A DNA stretch of 64,000 nucleotides from an uncultured Methanosarcinaceae archaeon (GTDB taxonomy: Archaea > Halobacteriota > Methanosarcinia > Methanosarcinales > Methanosarcinaceae), in NCBI GenBank assembly GCA_963733675.1, contig CAVTET010000001.1, positions 608,001 to 672,000 of the forward strand, given 5' to 3'. The translations under genes and the position numbers were made by a program. The notes beneath the pieces are model-generated. The model was not told the DNA's origin. It was given only the letters and a program-made list of their open reading frames with translations, and made no database searches. Shown in pieces: positions 18,826 through 30,790 of this stretch (positions are counted from its first letter, which is position 1; each line of letters starts with the position of its first letter).

Positions 18826-20775
18826 CTATCTTCTATTTTTCTCTTTTAAATAGGCAAATACCTCTTCATTATCATATACCAATGCATAATCCCTTGCTTC
18901 GAACTTTCTGAAAAATTCTTTTGGCAGTGTCTGGATAATATTTACCCCATAACGGCTAGGATCGTTGATGGAAATCGGTTCATTCAGAGTTGATTTTCTC
19001 AGCAGGACCATTGAATTCCCATCAATTTCTTTTGTCTGTACATTATGAATGTTAAAATAGGTTGCGTTACTTGGATTATATCCAGAATCGCTGTAAAAAA
19101 TACAACTGTCATAAGGAGAATCCATTAATATTTTCCCAGAGTAGGTTTTAGATACTGTTTTAATAGCCTGGATTTCAATATCTTTGAATTGATTTCTTAT
19201 GGTCTGATCCTTTGCCACAAGAGGATTGTCTTTATTGATTCCCGGTGTTGTAACCATAAAAAATGAAAACAATAGAATTATTGTGAAGATCGCGAAAATC
19301 CTTGTTTTTCTAAGGTTAAAAAGGCTTACTAGTTTCAGTATATATGAGGCAGCTACGAGCACCAGAAATACTGATATCAAGGGAAACCATCTGCTTGTCA
19401 GAAGATTCCTCATCCCGAGTAAGGGAATCCCATAAGCAAAACTATACAGAATTACAACCACTAAAGCAACTGAAAATTTGTTGATTTTATTGACATTTTC
19501 TCGAGAAAACCACTCTAAAACTCCTCCAATAGCAAAAAAAGGTAGAATTAGGTAGCTTATGTGGAGTAGAATAACTTCTAGTGTTCCTTGGTTGGTTATG
19601 GAGCCTAAAATTAGTTCATCTCTTGAGTAATTTGTTCCTGCATGAAATACTTCCATGAGAGGCTTCAAAATCATCTCAAAAAAAGAGGTATTCGGGTTGA
19701 CGTATGTAAACATCCAGTAAGTCTGCATACTAACTATATAAAAAAGAATATAATTAAAACCGATTATCTTGGAAGGGGAATTCTTATACAGGTGGTTATG
19801 GAGGTATTTGGCCAGATATATTGTGACCAAACCAAAAAGTACCACAAAGGTAGTCAGTTGGTGAGTCAAAATCATCAAAATAGTAATTAATAGTATGAAT
19901 CCTGTATACTTCAATTCTTGTTTCTCGCTGTAAATTGCATATATCACAAATATAAAGTAGCAAAGAACTAGGGAACCCGGAGTTATGTTTGCAATTCCTG
20001 CAACAATATTTTGGTTATTTAAATTTATTAGTAAAGCTGCCAGCAAGCCCATTTTAGGGCCTTCAAGTTTCTTTCCTATGAGGTAAATGCCTGTTGTAAT
20101 GAAAATATTGGCAAATCCTATGGAATAAAAAAATGCGTCTTTTATATCCGCTTTGCCTATTATCTGAGTAGCTGAAATGAATATATGAGCAAGAGGGTAA
20201 TAGAAATACTTATCACTTATTTGAAAAGGAGCAACAAATCCAGTATTAGTAATTATACGTGCCATATTTGCATGAAAATAGGCATCATAACCCATGAGAC
20301 TCGGAAAATTATAAAAAATCCCGGCTCTTATGAGGATTGAAAGCAACAATATCTGCAACAATATAGAGTTTACCCTATCTCCATCTCTAACATAAAGAAT
20401 CTCTGAGGCTATAATACCTGCTAAGATACATATTAGTATAAAATAAGATATAGGTCTATAATAAATATTCATGCTGTATATTAATATGCATATAAGGAAA
20501 AAGACATAATATGAGAAATTCAATACATTTTTTAGTCTGTCTTTTCCTAAAGATATATAATCCTCATTTTTAAATTTATTTCTAAAGAAAGTGTAGATTA
20601 AACAGGAAGATAAAATAGCAAGCCCAATATCTTTTTGGTTTAACTTGACTAGATAATATAAAGAAATAATCAATAATCCTAAACCAATCCCCATAAAACT
20701 GAGAATTACGTCAAAGTTTTGAGTAAATATCTCTGAATATTTTCTGACAGTTTCCATACATCCCCACATAATCAT
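18826..20775 (-). CDS. Large polytopic membrane protein, GT-C/polymerase-like
   Basis: Many TM segments; GYDAYFH..YYPLAH luminal loop motif; located in the glycan locus. Confidence 0.65.
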   Translation of the reverse strand: MIMWGCMETVRKYSEIFTQNFDVILSFMGIGLGLLIISLYYLVKLNQKDIGLAILSSCLIYTFFRNKFKNEDYISLGKDRLKNVLNFSYYVFFLICILIYSMNIYYRPISYFILICILAGIIASEILYVRDGDRVNSILLQILLLSILIRAGIFYNFPSLMGYDAYFHANMARIITNTGFVAPFQISDKYFYYPLAHIFISATQIIGKADIKDAFFYSIGFANIFITTGIYLIGKKLEGPKMGLLAALLINLNNQNIVAGIANITPGSLVLCYFIFVIYAIYSEKQELKYTGFILLITILMILTHQLTTFVVLFGLVTIYLAKYLHNHLYKNSPSKIIGFNYILFYIVSMQTYWMFTYVNPNTSFFEMILKPLMEVFHAGTNYSRDELILGSITNQGTLEVILLHISYLILPFFAIGGVLEWFSRENVNKINKFSVALVVVILYSFAYGIPLLGMRNLLTSRWFPLISVFLVLVAASYILKLVSLFNLRKTRIFAIFTIILLFSFFMVTTPGINKDNPLVAKDQTIRNQFKDIEIQAIKTVSKTYSGKILMDSPYDSCIFYSDSGYNPSNATYFNIHNVQTKEIDGNSMVLLRKSTLNEPISINDPSRYGVNIIQTLPKEFFRKFEARDYALVYDNEEVFAYLKEKNRR

Positions 20776-20989
20776 AAATTTTTATATACAAATTACTTAC
20801 CAATTAAATAATCTTCTTTTTTAAGGCAGATTATATTTATTGCAGATCATACTTTTTCCTTGAACTTATTCTTTTGACTCGTTATGTCTGTAGTATTCGC
20901 AATTTTTCTTCTATTAGAAGAAGGTCTGAGTTCTAGATGCCATTCAGGCACCCTTTTGGCCAAAATATTGCAAAATTGTTATATAAGAT

Positions 20990-21760
20990 CTCAGGCAGGT
21001 CTACTGCATAGATGTTTTATGTAAGATGACGGTAAGCGCTCTTCTGTGACTTTCAACTGTAAAGATAAGCTTTTCTGTGAGTTCCAATGCTTGCTTGAAG
21101 TCTAGATACATCTGGCTGAAAAGATTTGTATCCATTATGTTTATGGGGATTTAGAGATACCAATTTCTTCTCCTGTGTTAAGGTTATATATACTGAAGGT
21201 TGGAGTATTCAGTTCCTGAATCCTGAACAATAATGATAACTGAAAGTAAAATCATAAATAAACCTGCTTTTGCCAGCAATTCACAGATTTTCGGGTCTTT
21301 AAACTGCAAATAATGATTTCTGTAACTAATATTTTTTTGAGCACTTTTTCTAGCGTTTATTTTTTTTCTTTTGATTTCCATTGGGTTGTTATATCCACAT
21401 ATCTGCCGTGAAATTTTACTTTCCCTCCATCACCTAAAATATGGCTCATTTCTCTATCCAGTGCTTCAATTCTGAAGGTAAAATCTCCATTCACTGAATC
21501 ACGAGTCAAGAAATAAAAAGTTGATGTCGCTTTGTATTTCTTCTTCTAGATCTATAATTTATCTGAAATTCAATATACAGATCCATTTTTTTTGTATATA
21601 CTTGATAATAGAAGCATAGAAGCTACTATAAACTGACATTTTTTTTAGAATTTGTAAATTTTTGATCCCAGTTTCTCACATTCTAGTGAATAAAAAATCT
21701 ATGCAGTGAGTCTGCCATAGATAAAATTTTATGATATCTAGATATTTGAAAGTCAGTCTA
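20990..21760 (-). pseudogene. Decayed polysaccharide deacetylase paralogue
   Basis: Fragments IIDLEE..ATSTFYFL, FHG..YNNPMEIK and YRNHYLQFKDP..LAKAG align by eye with 27079..28128 (IMDLEA..KSSFYFI, LHGGYYSYNNPEAIK, FRNHYLRFRTP). Confidence 0.7.
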
Positions 21761-22661
21761 TTTTTGATCATACTGTACTCAATTTCACGCTTCAAAACAT
21801 TCTTTGACTGACAAGACAATGAAAAACCTTTTATATGCATCTAAAAGGATAGGGGTATATTCTCAGTTATTATAAATACTTTTAATTTTTTTATACTTTA
21901 TTATGTTTTTTAATACTATGTCCTTCTTATCCTTACCATTTGAACTTCTAACTTTATTAAATATTTGGTTGACTCCCCGTGTTAAAGAATTAGAATCGAA
22001 ATAGATGCTTATAGATTGAAATCCAAGACTGAAAATTGAAAGTAAACTAAAAATTGAAATTTAATGACTCAGAGCTCATAAGAATCTGAAATTGAGTGCC
22101 TCAAACATTTAACATTGTTAGTATAGATGAGGTTTTATCGATATACAAGAACGTACCCAAAAAACCGAAAAATGACTAAATTATTTAGTTCTACTTTTAT
22201 ATATTTAAATTTCAGTTAGCAAGTTTATTGAGAGAAAATTCTAAACAGAAAAATACAGCTTATATCTCCTAAAATGTCTTAGTTGCGGCAACTTTGAGAT
22301 TAAATGTGATATTCTTTTATATATATCTCCAAAGCCAAAGATAGTTTAAACCTGCACCTTTTACATAATCTCATTATTCCAATTTTCTAAAGCTTAGAAG
22401 TATGTCGTGATTACCTGCATACCTTTAGACGGGTATTTCAGTGATTAGATTATTATGTCTTATAATATTTTTTAGTCGTAAGTTGCTAGGCAAAAGATCA
22501 GGGGCGGGCATTGCATGATTTTTAAATAGTTCCGACTATCACTTTTTTCTGCAGACTCTTTGGTCTCTGGGTCTGCACTAATTTTGAGGAATGTTTGGTT
22601 ATTCATGTCCCTCATCTCAAATTCGAGCGTGGCGGTCTCTCACCCATAACTTTCATCAGTC

Positions 22662-22886
22662 TCAATTCTTGTTTTTAAGCTTCTCAAGCAGTGCTGAAAC
22701 TCTTTCTTTTGCGGCCTCTGTCTCTTGCAAATCCCTAGTGATGGCAATATCTAGAATGTCGCCTTCCTTACTTCCAGAAGGTAATAAAATGAGAGGGACG
22801 TTGATATTAATTTCTTCTTCATCCCTTACAAGCAATACGGCCTCACATCCTTCAATTATATCAAAAGTAATTTTGAAGCTCTCCAT
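22662..22886 (-). CDS. DUF3006-like protein
   Basis: D.IEG..AVL..INVPL.LLPSG.KEGDIL pattern; follows the ComEC-like MBL gene, its usual neighbour. Confidence 0.8.
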   Translation of the reverse strand: MESFKITFDIIEGCEAVLLVRDEEEININVPLILLPSGSKEGDILDIAITRDLQETEAAKERVSALLEKLKNKN

Positions 22887-22890
22887 AACA

Positions 22891-23872
22891 TCAATTCTCC
22901 GTACTCACTGAATAGGAAGATCCATCCGTTGTTATAGTGATTGTGCCGTCCAAGTCGGTTCGATATACCTTGGAAACCTGATGCAATCTATCTAGAGTAT
23001 TTTGATGCGGATGTCCGTAGTCATTTCCCGCACCAACTTCGATACCACTTATATCGGGACTTACTGCACTAATAAAAGGAACTCCACTTGCTGTCTTGCT
23101 TCCATGGTGCCCGACTTTCAGGATATCAGCATCAACATTGTAGCCATCTTTCATTATCTCATTTTCTGTTTCAATCCCCGCGTCACCCATCAATAAGAAA
23201 GTTACATTTCCGTCAGTAACTTTTAGCACAATCGAGTTCTGGTTGATGTCATCGGTAAAGTATGTACTCCCTGGGTTCAGAACCTGGACGTCGACACCAG
23301 ATATGAAGTTAATTTTGTCCCCTCTCTTGGAGTCTCAAATGGAATATTCTTCTTATCGATTGTAGTCAACATATTCTCATAGGTTTTGGAGGAATGAGCG
23401 TAGCCACTATCTACAAAATGGCCTATTGGGAAATCATTAAGAATAGTGTACATCCTCCAATGTGGTCGCTGTGGGGGTGCGTAGCTACAACGTAATCAAG
23501 CGACTTGATACCTTCGCTCTTTATATATGTGGCTACCTCATTACCTTTGCCTATTTCACCAGAATCAATAAGCATAGTATCATCACCGTGTTCGAGTAAA
23601 ATAGAATCTCCCTGGCCAACATCGAGAAAGTGAACAGTAAGGTTCTCTCCTGCAGATGAAAGCTCTTTACTTTGACTTTCTATTGTAGGATTCTGCTGTT
23701 TAGCTGTAGACCCTGGCATGGGATGTTCAGTTGGCTGTGTTGGCTGTTCGGAAGCTGCTGCTTTTTCTGTAGACACTTTTTCTGGAGTATTCGATTTTGA
23801 ATCACTACATCCAGCTGCAAAGATCACAAATAATAAACAGATAATGATGATAAGAATTCGTGAAAGTTTCAT
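22891..23872 (-). pseudogene. ComEC/Rec2-like metallo-beta-lactamase lipoprotein, two frameshifts
   Basis: Lipobox FAAGC; HFLDVGQGDS, THPHSDHIGG, LMGDA, KVGHHGS, NDYGHPH, RTDLDG. Confidence 0.9.
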
Positions 23873-24106
23873 GAGAATAGCAATGCTATAAAGGTATTAT
23901 AAGGATTAGATTTTATTGAGGCTGTTCACATGCTGACAGGCCACAAAGTAAAACAATGTAAATAAACTTTAAATTTGAGAAGCACTTCAAAAATTGATAT
24001 AAATAAAACACTCTATATTATAAATTTTAAAGTTTTGGTTATATTAACAATTCTGTTTCGTAGAGCTATACAACTAATTTGTTTGGGAATAGCGCCTTGA
24101 AAAAAG

Positions 24107-24971
24107 GGTTCCGTTGCAAAAAATTCAAAAAAATATGTAAATCTATAAGTAATGAATAAAAATCAAAATATTCAAGGAAAATGTACTAACATTATAAAAC
24201 CATACCAAACAATTGATTAATGTATTTGACTTCATTACGAACCGAGTAATTGAGATTATTGACTTGTCCTTTTTTGACCATATTCATAGCTTCAATTCCT
24301 TTTAAGGTTTTATTAGCAGATCGAAAAGACTGAAATCCTAACATTGGATTAACTATCCGCTTTATAGATCTATGATCTTGTTCTATAATGTTATTCAAAT
24401 ACTTGATTTGTCTAATGCCTACGTTTTTAGGTAGTATTTTATCATTTTTCAGTTTATCTATAGCAGGTGGATAAGCTGGATTCTTATCAACTGTTATTAC
24501 TCTTGGAATTTGATTATGATTAGAACTCAAAGCTTTCTTAAAGAATCTATTCGCTGCTATTCTATTTCGTTTTGCACTTAACATGAAATCAATTGTATCT
24601 CCATTTGAATCAACTGCTCGGTAAAGATATTTCCATTTACCATTTACTTTGATATAGGTTTCATCAACTCTCTACGAATCATTTGTGGGTCTTAAATGTC
24701 TTCTTATTCTTCGTTTCTATTTCAGGAAAATATTGATGTACCCATCTCATTATAGTACTGTGATCAACTTGAATTCCTCTTTCTATCATCATTTCCTTTA
24801 AACTTCTATAGCTCAATGGGTATTTTAAGTACCATCTTACATTCAATAAGATAATTTCTCCTTCATAATGCTTCCATTTAAAGGAATGAGATAGCATGAT
24901 AGCATATTACTACCTTTGGTTTTCTTTTTATTTTATTATATCATTAGAAAGGATTTTTTTGCAACGGAACC
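24107..24971 (-). mobile_element. IS6-family element, inactive (1-bp insertion plus TGG>TAG in tnp)
   Basis: IRs GGTTCCGTTGCAAAAA; split ORFs 24679..24897 and 24192..24584 carrying VRWYL.Y.LSYR and NNIIEQDHR. Confidence 0.95.
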
Positions 24972-25160
24972 GATATTTCTATGTCCATGGTTTTCAGTAC
25001 CTATGGCCATAAATGAAAATTACCCGTTTATCGGATTTATATCTTCAATACATCAGTACTCATTCATATATTTAAATAGTTTAACTGTTTAATGTATTAT
25101 AGAGTTAGCATATAGTATATGCTCTGACAACTCCTTTATAGAAACTTAGGGGTATTTATA

Positions 25161-25439
25161 ATGCTTTCAATTTTTTCCATAGGTACTGAAGGATTTTCAG
25201 CAGTTAGTTCTTTTCCAGGAATAGGTATCTGTTTTCTCTATACCTATTTTGGAGTTCCTGTATATTACAAGATTACGATCTTGGGGCTCATCGCTCTTTT
25301 TGGAATGAAGGAAATGCTAACTGTCTCCACCAAAAAGGACAACCTTTCAACTGACTCCATGGACATGGGTATTTACCCTCTGCTGATATGTTTTATTGCC
25401 ACTTTTCTCACCATGGCATTTGGAAGAATTTCTTCATAG
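25161..25439 (+). CDS. Small membrane protein
   Basis: 92 aa with hydrophobic segments; upstream of the glycosyltransferase operon. Confidence 0.55.
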   Translation: MLSIFSIGTEGFSAVSSFPGIGICFLYTYFGVPVYYKITILGLIALFGMKEMLTVSTKKDNLSTDSMDMGIYPLLICFIATFLTMAFGRISS

Positions 25440-26012
25440 TTACCATCTTAAAATTAGCTAATTTTTGTACTTTTAAAAAGTTTGTTTCTTGATGTTATGT
25501 ATATTTTTTGTTAAATTTCTGAGTTATAATAACACTTATTTTTTCATTTTAGAGATTTTAATAGCCTATAATTAATATATTTTATAAATATTGATAATCT
25601 TAGTTAAGAAACTTTGTTCCCATAACTATTTATTATGGAAATAGTCATCTTCTTATAAGAATTATATTAGTTAATTATCTTATATTAAGAAAAAATTTAG
25701 GCTTTATAAGTAACATTATTATGAAAACGACTTTTTCCGATGAACCGAAGTAATTTTCTCCATCTGTAAGATAAGGGGAGATGTAATTAAATTGTAAATA
25801 TAGTAAAGAAACTGATGTAAATTGGAAGTCGACAATATACTTCTTAATAATATAGAATAGATAGATTTTCTGATTTGTTGAAATTACCTTATCTAATACA
25901 CTTTCGCATTGGCTTTTTAGCTGATTTTATTCCTTGGTTCTTCGAGAATCTGTCATACAAACAGACTGTTTGTCTCATTAGGTACATTGTAATTATGATA
26001 AGATTATAGGGA

Positions 26013-27095
26013 GTGAAAATATTGAGAGTCCTTATTGATGTAGGCCATCCAGCCCATGTTCATTTTTTTAAAAACACGATATGGAGTCTTGAGAAGAAAG
26101 GACACAAAGTAATGGTGGTCTCGCGGGATAAAGATGTAGTATTGGAACTACTGACAGCCTACAAAATTCCACATACAGTTTTAAGTAAAGTGAAACCTGG
26201 AAAAGTTCATTTGCTTGAAGAGTTGTTTATAAGGGAGTATAAAATTCTCAAAATAGCCAAACAATTTGACCCTGACGTTTTAATGGGTATACTTTCTCCA
26301 AATATAGCTCAGATAGCATGGATTCTGCGAAAAAAATCCATAATTTTCAACGATACAGAGCACGCAGTACTTGTCCAGAAAATAACTTATCCTTTCTGTG
26401 ATATAATCTGTACCCCTTCATGCCATTTAAAATATGAAGGAAAAAAACAAATAAATTATAGTGGTTATCATGAACTAGCTTACCTTCATCCATCTTATTT
26501 TAATCCGCACAATGAGATTATTAAGGAGCTTGGGGTAGAGATGGGTGAGCCCTTCATTATCCTTCGTTTCATCACATGGAACGCGCATCACGATGTAGGA
26601 CAGCGGGGAATCGAAAATAAATTGCGGCTTGTTCAAGAACTTGAGAAATTTGGGAAAGTATTTATTACCTCAGAAGGGCCACTGGTAGAGGAGTTTAAAA
26701 AATATAAGATAAGAGTCCCCTCCGAAAAAATTCATCATCTGCTTTATTATGCTACACTGTATGTGGGTGAGGGAGCTACTATGGCTGTTGAAAGTGCGAT
26801 ACTGGGGACTCCTTCAATATACGTTTCTACTCTTGCAGGAACTATGGGAAATTTCTCTGAACTCGAAGAGCATTACAGTTTGCTATTCAACTACAGCGAT
26901 TCTGAAGCTGCTCTTGCAAAAGCCTTAGAGCTTCTGAAAAATCCAGAACTTAAGAAAACTTGGAGCCTTAAAAGAGCCGTTCTCCTAAGAGATAAGATCG
27001 ATGTGACTGAATTCATTGTTAAGCTCATAGAAAGCCTTCCTGTAAAGAAATCTAGGATATCTTTGCCTGCAGTCTCGGATGAGAGTTATGCATGA
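26013..27095 (+). CDS. DUF354-family glycosyltransferase-like protein
   Basis: IDVGHPAHVHFFKN, FNDTEHA, GEGATMAVESAILGTP. Confidence 0.85.
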   Translation: MKILRVLIDVGHPAHVHFFKNTIWSLEKKGHKVMVVSRDKDVVLELLTAYKIPHTVLSKVKPGKVHLLEELFIREYKILKIAKQFDPDVLMGILSPNIAQIAWILRKKSIIFNDTEHAVLVQKITYPFCDIICTPSCHLKYEGKKQINYSGYHELAYLHPSYFNPHNEIIKELGVEMGEPFIILRFITWNAHHDVGQRGIENKLRLVQELEKFGKVFITSEGPLVEEFKKYKIRVPSEKIHHLLYYATLYVGEGATMAVESAILGTPSIYVSTLAGTMGNFSELEEHYSLLFNYSDSEAALAKALELLKNPELKKTWSLKRAVLLRDKIDVTEFIVKLIESLPVKKSRISLPAVSDESYA

Positions 27096-28128
27096 GCTAT
27101 TGAAACAAAATCAAAAGATATGGGATCTTTTCACCCGAAAAGAAGAGTATTATCCCAACAATTTGGATGAACACGACCGTTTCCTCTACGTTGAAAGCGA
27201 CCTTGAACAAGCCTTTGAGCCGGAGGTTTCTAGATATCTAGTTGATAAAGGGATGGAGATTGAGTATCCTGAGAATAAAACCTTTGCCGTTTGTTTGACT
27301 CATGATGTAGATGATATTTATCCACCGCTTTCCCATAGCTTACTTTCCTCAGTCAATTGCTTGAAAAATTTGAATTTTCAAGATTCTGTAGCCCATATAC
27401 TGTGGAAGTTCAGGGGAAAAGAACATTCTCCTTATGTTAACCTTTCGGAAATCATGGATCTTGAAGCTAGATTTGGAGCCAAGTCCTCTTTTTATTTCAT
27501 TGCTGCAGAAGATGACCCTATAAGATTCAGATATTATATCGAGGATATGGAACACCATCTAGGAGAGATTTCAGATAAAGGATGGGAAGTTGGCCTTCAT
27601 GGGGGTTATTATTCATATAATAATCCAGAAGCAATAAAAAAAGAAAAAAAAAGACTTGAAGCTGTTCTGGGAAAAGAACTCATGGGTTTTCGCAACCATT
27701 ATCTGAGATTTAGAACTCCAGATTCTTGGGAAATACTGGCAGATGTTGGTTTCAGATATGATTCCACTTTTGGACTCCAAAATTCAGTCGGCTTTAGGAA
27801 CGGCATGTGTCACCCTTTCATACCATATAATCTAAAAAAAAACCGGGAAATAAAGATTCTCGAAATTCCGCTTGTTATAATGGATGTTGCTCTTTTTTCA
27901 GTTTCAAAATCTTATGAGGAAGCTTGGGAATGCACAAGGAACCTGATTGATAACACAGCAAAGCTTAATGGTGTTATTACACTATTATGGCACAATTTTG
28001 TTTTCGGTTGCAGTTTCCGAAAGGATTGGGTAAGACTATATGTGAAGGTGCTGCAGTACTGCTTTGGAAAAGGAGCCTGGATGACAAGCGGGGACGAAAT
28101 TTACAGGTGGTGGGAAGATAGATCCTGA
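27079..28128 (+). CDS. Polysaccharide deacetylase family protein
   Basis: LTHDVD, EVGLHG, FRNHYLR, YDST, LLWHN. Confidence 0.85.
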   Translation: MRVMHELLKQNQKIWDLFTRKEEYYPNNLDEHDRFLYVESDLEQAFEPEVSRYLVDKGMEIEYPENKTFAVCLTHDVDDIYPPLSHSLLSSVNCLKNLNFQDSVAHILWKFRGKEHSPYVNLSEIMDLEARFGAKSSFYFIAAEDDPIRFRYYIEDMEHHLGEISDKGWEVGLHGGYYSYNNPEAIKKEKKRLEAVLGKELMGFRNHYLRFRTPDSWEILADVGFRYDSTFGLQNSVGFRNGMCHPFIPYNLKKNREIKILEIPLVIMDVALFSVSKSYEEAWECTRNLIDNTAKLNGVITLLWHNFVFGCSFRKDWVRLYVKVLQYCFGKGAWMTSGDEIYRWWEDRS

Positions 28129-28144
28129 GTTTGGAGGAAAATAC

Positions 28145-29044
28145 TTGCTGATTACGCCTGCAAAGAATGAGGAACAAAATTTGCTTGAGGTTTCGAGGTC
28201 TGTAACTGGACAGAAAATAAAACCTGAGCTATGGGTGCTAGTTGACGACGGTAGTACAGATAAGACCCCCTATATTATCAAAAACCTCATGACCAGGCAC
28301 TCCTGGATTCAGAGCATAAGACTGCCCCCAAGACCAAGAGACATAACTTTCCACTACAGCTATGTCTGCAAGCAGGGCTTTGATTATGCACTTGAGTACT
28401 GTAGAGAGAAGAACATCAAATTCGAATACATAGGCCTTCTTGATGCTGATACGGTGCTGGAAGGAAACTATTTTGGGAAACTTCTAACTAAGTTCAAAAA
28501 AGATAATTCTCTCGGAATTGCTAGTGGAGGTGTGTATTACAATACTGGCGGGAAGCTTTCGTTGGAAAAGACTGATAAAAACCTTCCTCGTGGTACAGGA
28601 CGATTTTGGAAAAAAAAATGCTTCATCGAGACAGGCGGTTACCAAGTGGAGCCATCACCAGATTCGATTTCAAATATAAAAGCTCTCTTGCGAGGCTGGA
28701 AACTCATGCAATATCCTGATATTATTCAGATTCAGATGCGCGAGACAAGCGCAGCAAATGGGCTATGGAGTGGATATGTCAAAAATGGATGGATGGCTTA
28801 TTATCTTGGCAAAAATCCTCTTGTAGCTCTACTAAACATACTTTACCACTCCGTAAAATACCCTTACTATACAGGAGCTGCGTACTTCTGGGGATACATT
28901 AGTTCTGCCATCAGAAGGGAGAAAAAAATCCAAGATCCTGAAATAAGAGCCTACTACCACACTTTCACGTTCTCAAAGCTGTCTTCCAGAATTTCTGGAA
29001 TTTTTGGCCGAAACTCCAAAGATCCACATAATGTAGAGCATTGA
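28145..29044 (+). CDS. Glycosyltransferase family 2
   Basis: ITPAKNEE, VDDGSTD, LDAD. The true start may be slightly upstream. Confidence 0.9.
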   Translation: MLITPAKNEEQNLLEVSRSVTGQKIKPELWVLVDDGSTDKTPYIIKNLMTRHSWIQSIRLPPRPRDITFHYSYVCKQGFDYALEYCREKNIKFEYIGLLDADTVLEGNYFGKLLTKFKKDNSLGIASGGVYYNTGGKLSLEKTDKNLPRGTGRFWKKKCFIETGGYQVEPSPDSISNIKALLRGWKLMQYPDIIQIQMRETSAANGLWSGYVKNGWMAYYLGKNPLVALLNILYHSVKYPYYTGAAYFWGYISSAIRREKKIQDPEIRAYYHTFTFSKLSSRISGIFGRNSKDPHNVEH

Positions 29045-29090
29045 TTGTTATTGACCATTCAAAAAGAAAGATCTCTAAGAAGATGATATT

Positions 29091-30338
29091 TTGAAGATGC
29101 TTTTTCTGGACATAGTATGGCCTCTTTCTCTGGCTGATGGCTCGCTTATTCACAGATATGAGCTTGTATGCAATCTGGCTCGGCTGAATAATGATATCCA
29201 TATATTTACTACTGACAAAGCTTTTCTTTCAAATATAGCTAACATTCACCATCATTATGTATCACCTGGAAGCTTTTTTTCTCTTACTGTTAGTTATTTA
29301 ATTAATTCTTCAAACCTTCTCAGAACCGAAACTTTTGATGTACTGTATACCCGCAATCCAAACTTCGGCTTTCTTTCGGGAATATTCTGCAAAAGCAGAT
29401 TCAAAAAGATGGTTTACGAATTAAACGGGATTCCTGAGGATGAAAGCAGTCTTTTCAGGACAAAATTTAAAAAGAAAAATCCGTCTCAGAAAAAAAAGAG
29501 TGAGGAGTTCTCATTTTCAAAAATTTACTTCTCTGCTAACGCAAAGCTCAAATTATTTATTCTCAAAAAGACTCTCGGATTTTCTGACAAAATAATTGCT
29601 GTGACTCCCGGAATAAAAGCAAATGTTGAGAAAGTCTATAACATCCCTGGAAGAAAAATAGTAGTGGTTTCAAATGGGGCAAACACCTCTCTGTTCAGAC
29701 CACTTAAACAAGAAACCTGCAGAAAGGAACTTGGATTAGACGCTGAAATTTCTTATGTATCCTTTGTGGGAAATTTCGCTCCTTGGCAGGGAGTTGAATA
29801 TTTGGTAAAAGCAGCTCCCTTTATACTTTCCCAGTTCCCAAAATGCCGTTTTCTAATTGTTGGAGATGGTATCATGAAAAATGAGCTTATAAAGCTCTCC
29901 AGAGAACTTGGAGTTGAAGACAGATTCATTTTCACAGGTGTAGTGGAATATTTTCGCGTTCCTCTTTACATCAATGCGAGTGATGCCTGTGTTGCTCCCT
30001 TTATATTTGCCAGAAATGCAAAAATAGGCCTTTCTCCATTGAAATTATATGAATATATGGCCTGTGGGAAGCCAGTTGTTGCAAGTGGCATAGATGGCGT
30101 TTCAGATATACTTGAGGCTTCTGAAGGAGGAATATCTGTTATTCCTGAAAATTCAAGTGCTCTTGCAGAAGCTATCTTAAAGCTGCTTGGAAATCCGAAT
30201 TTAAGGATAAAAATGGGTTCGAAAGGATTAAGATATGTTACTGAAAATTGCAGCTGGTACAGTGTTGCTAAACAGGTTGACAGAGTCTGCAAATCAGGAC
30301 TTGAGAATGAAATCCTGAATCTATATCCCTTTGTATAA
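29091..30338 (+). CDS. Glycosyltransferase family 4
   Basis: VVSNG, FVGNFAPWQG, SPLKLYEYMACGKPVVAS. Confidence 0.9.
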   Translation: MKMLFLDIVWPLSLADGSLIHRYELVCNLARLNNDIHIFTTDKAFLSNIANIHHHYVSPGSFFSLTVSYLINSSNLLRTETFDVLYTRNPNFGFLSGIFCKSRFKKMVYELNGIPEDESSLFRTKFKKKNPSQKKKSEEFSFSKIYFSANAKLKLFILKKTLGFSDKIIAVTPGIKANVEKVYNIPGRKIVVVSNGANTSLFRPLKQETCRKELGLDAEISYVSFVGNFAPWQGVEYLVKAAPFILSQFPKCRFLIVGDGIMKNELIKLSRELGVEDRFIFTGVVEYFRVPLYINASDACVAPFIFARNAKIGLSPLKLYEYMACGKPVVASGIDGVSDILEASEGGISVIPENSSALAEAILKLLGNPNLRIKMGSKGLRYVTENCSWYSVAKQVDRVCKSGLENEILNLYPFV

Positions 30339-30790
30339 AAAATCTATGCTTAAATATAAACTCAAGCACACTATACTTTGTAAACAGCTATATATTCTAG
30401 ATAATTTGAAGTTTTTTTCGATTCTTTAAAGTCCTGAGGACAAAATATTGATATGAAATATGTGAAAAATCGAATTTCTTAGCTAACTTCTTTGTTGCAA
30501 AAATCAACTATTATAGAAATCAAAATTCATGATGAATTGGAGAGGAAGATACTGTTGGCGATGTGCACACCAGCAGTATCTAAGTTACTTAAAGAAGTTT
30601 CATAATCTGTCCTGCGAAAGTGTATTAACCGTCGTACTTTAGAAATTTTTTCATTTATTCTTTTTTTAAATATGATATCCAGATTTACCAGATTTGGGGA
30701 AATGCAAATACTATACAGTTATTTAAACTAAAAAATATCCCATACAAATTTTAGTCTCACTTAAATATTACCCACTTGTATTTTAGGAGT

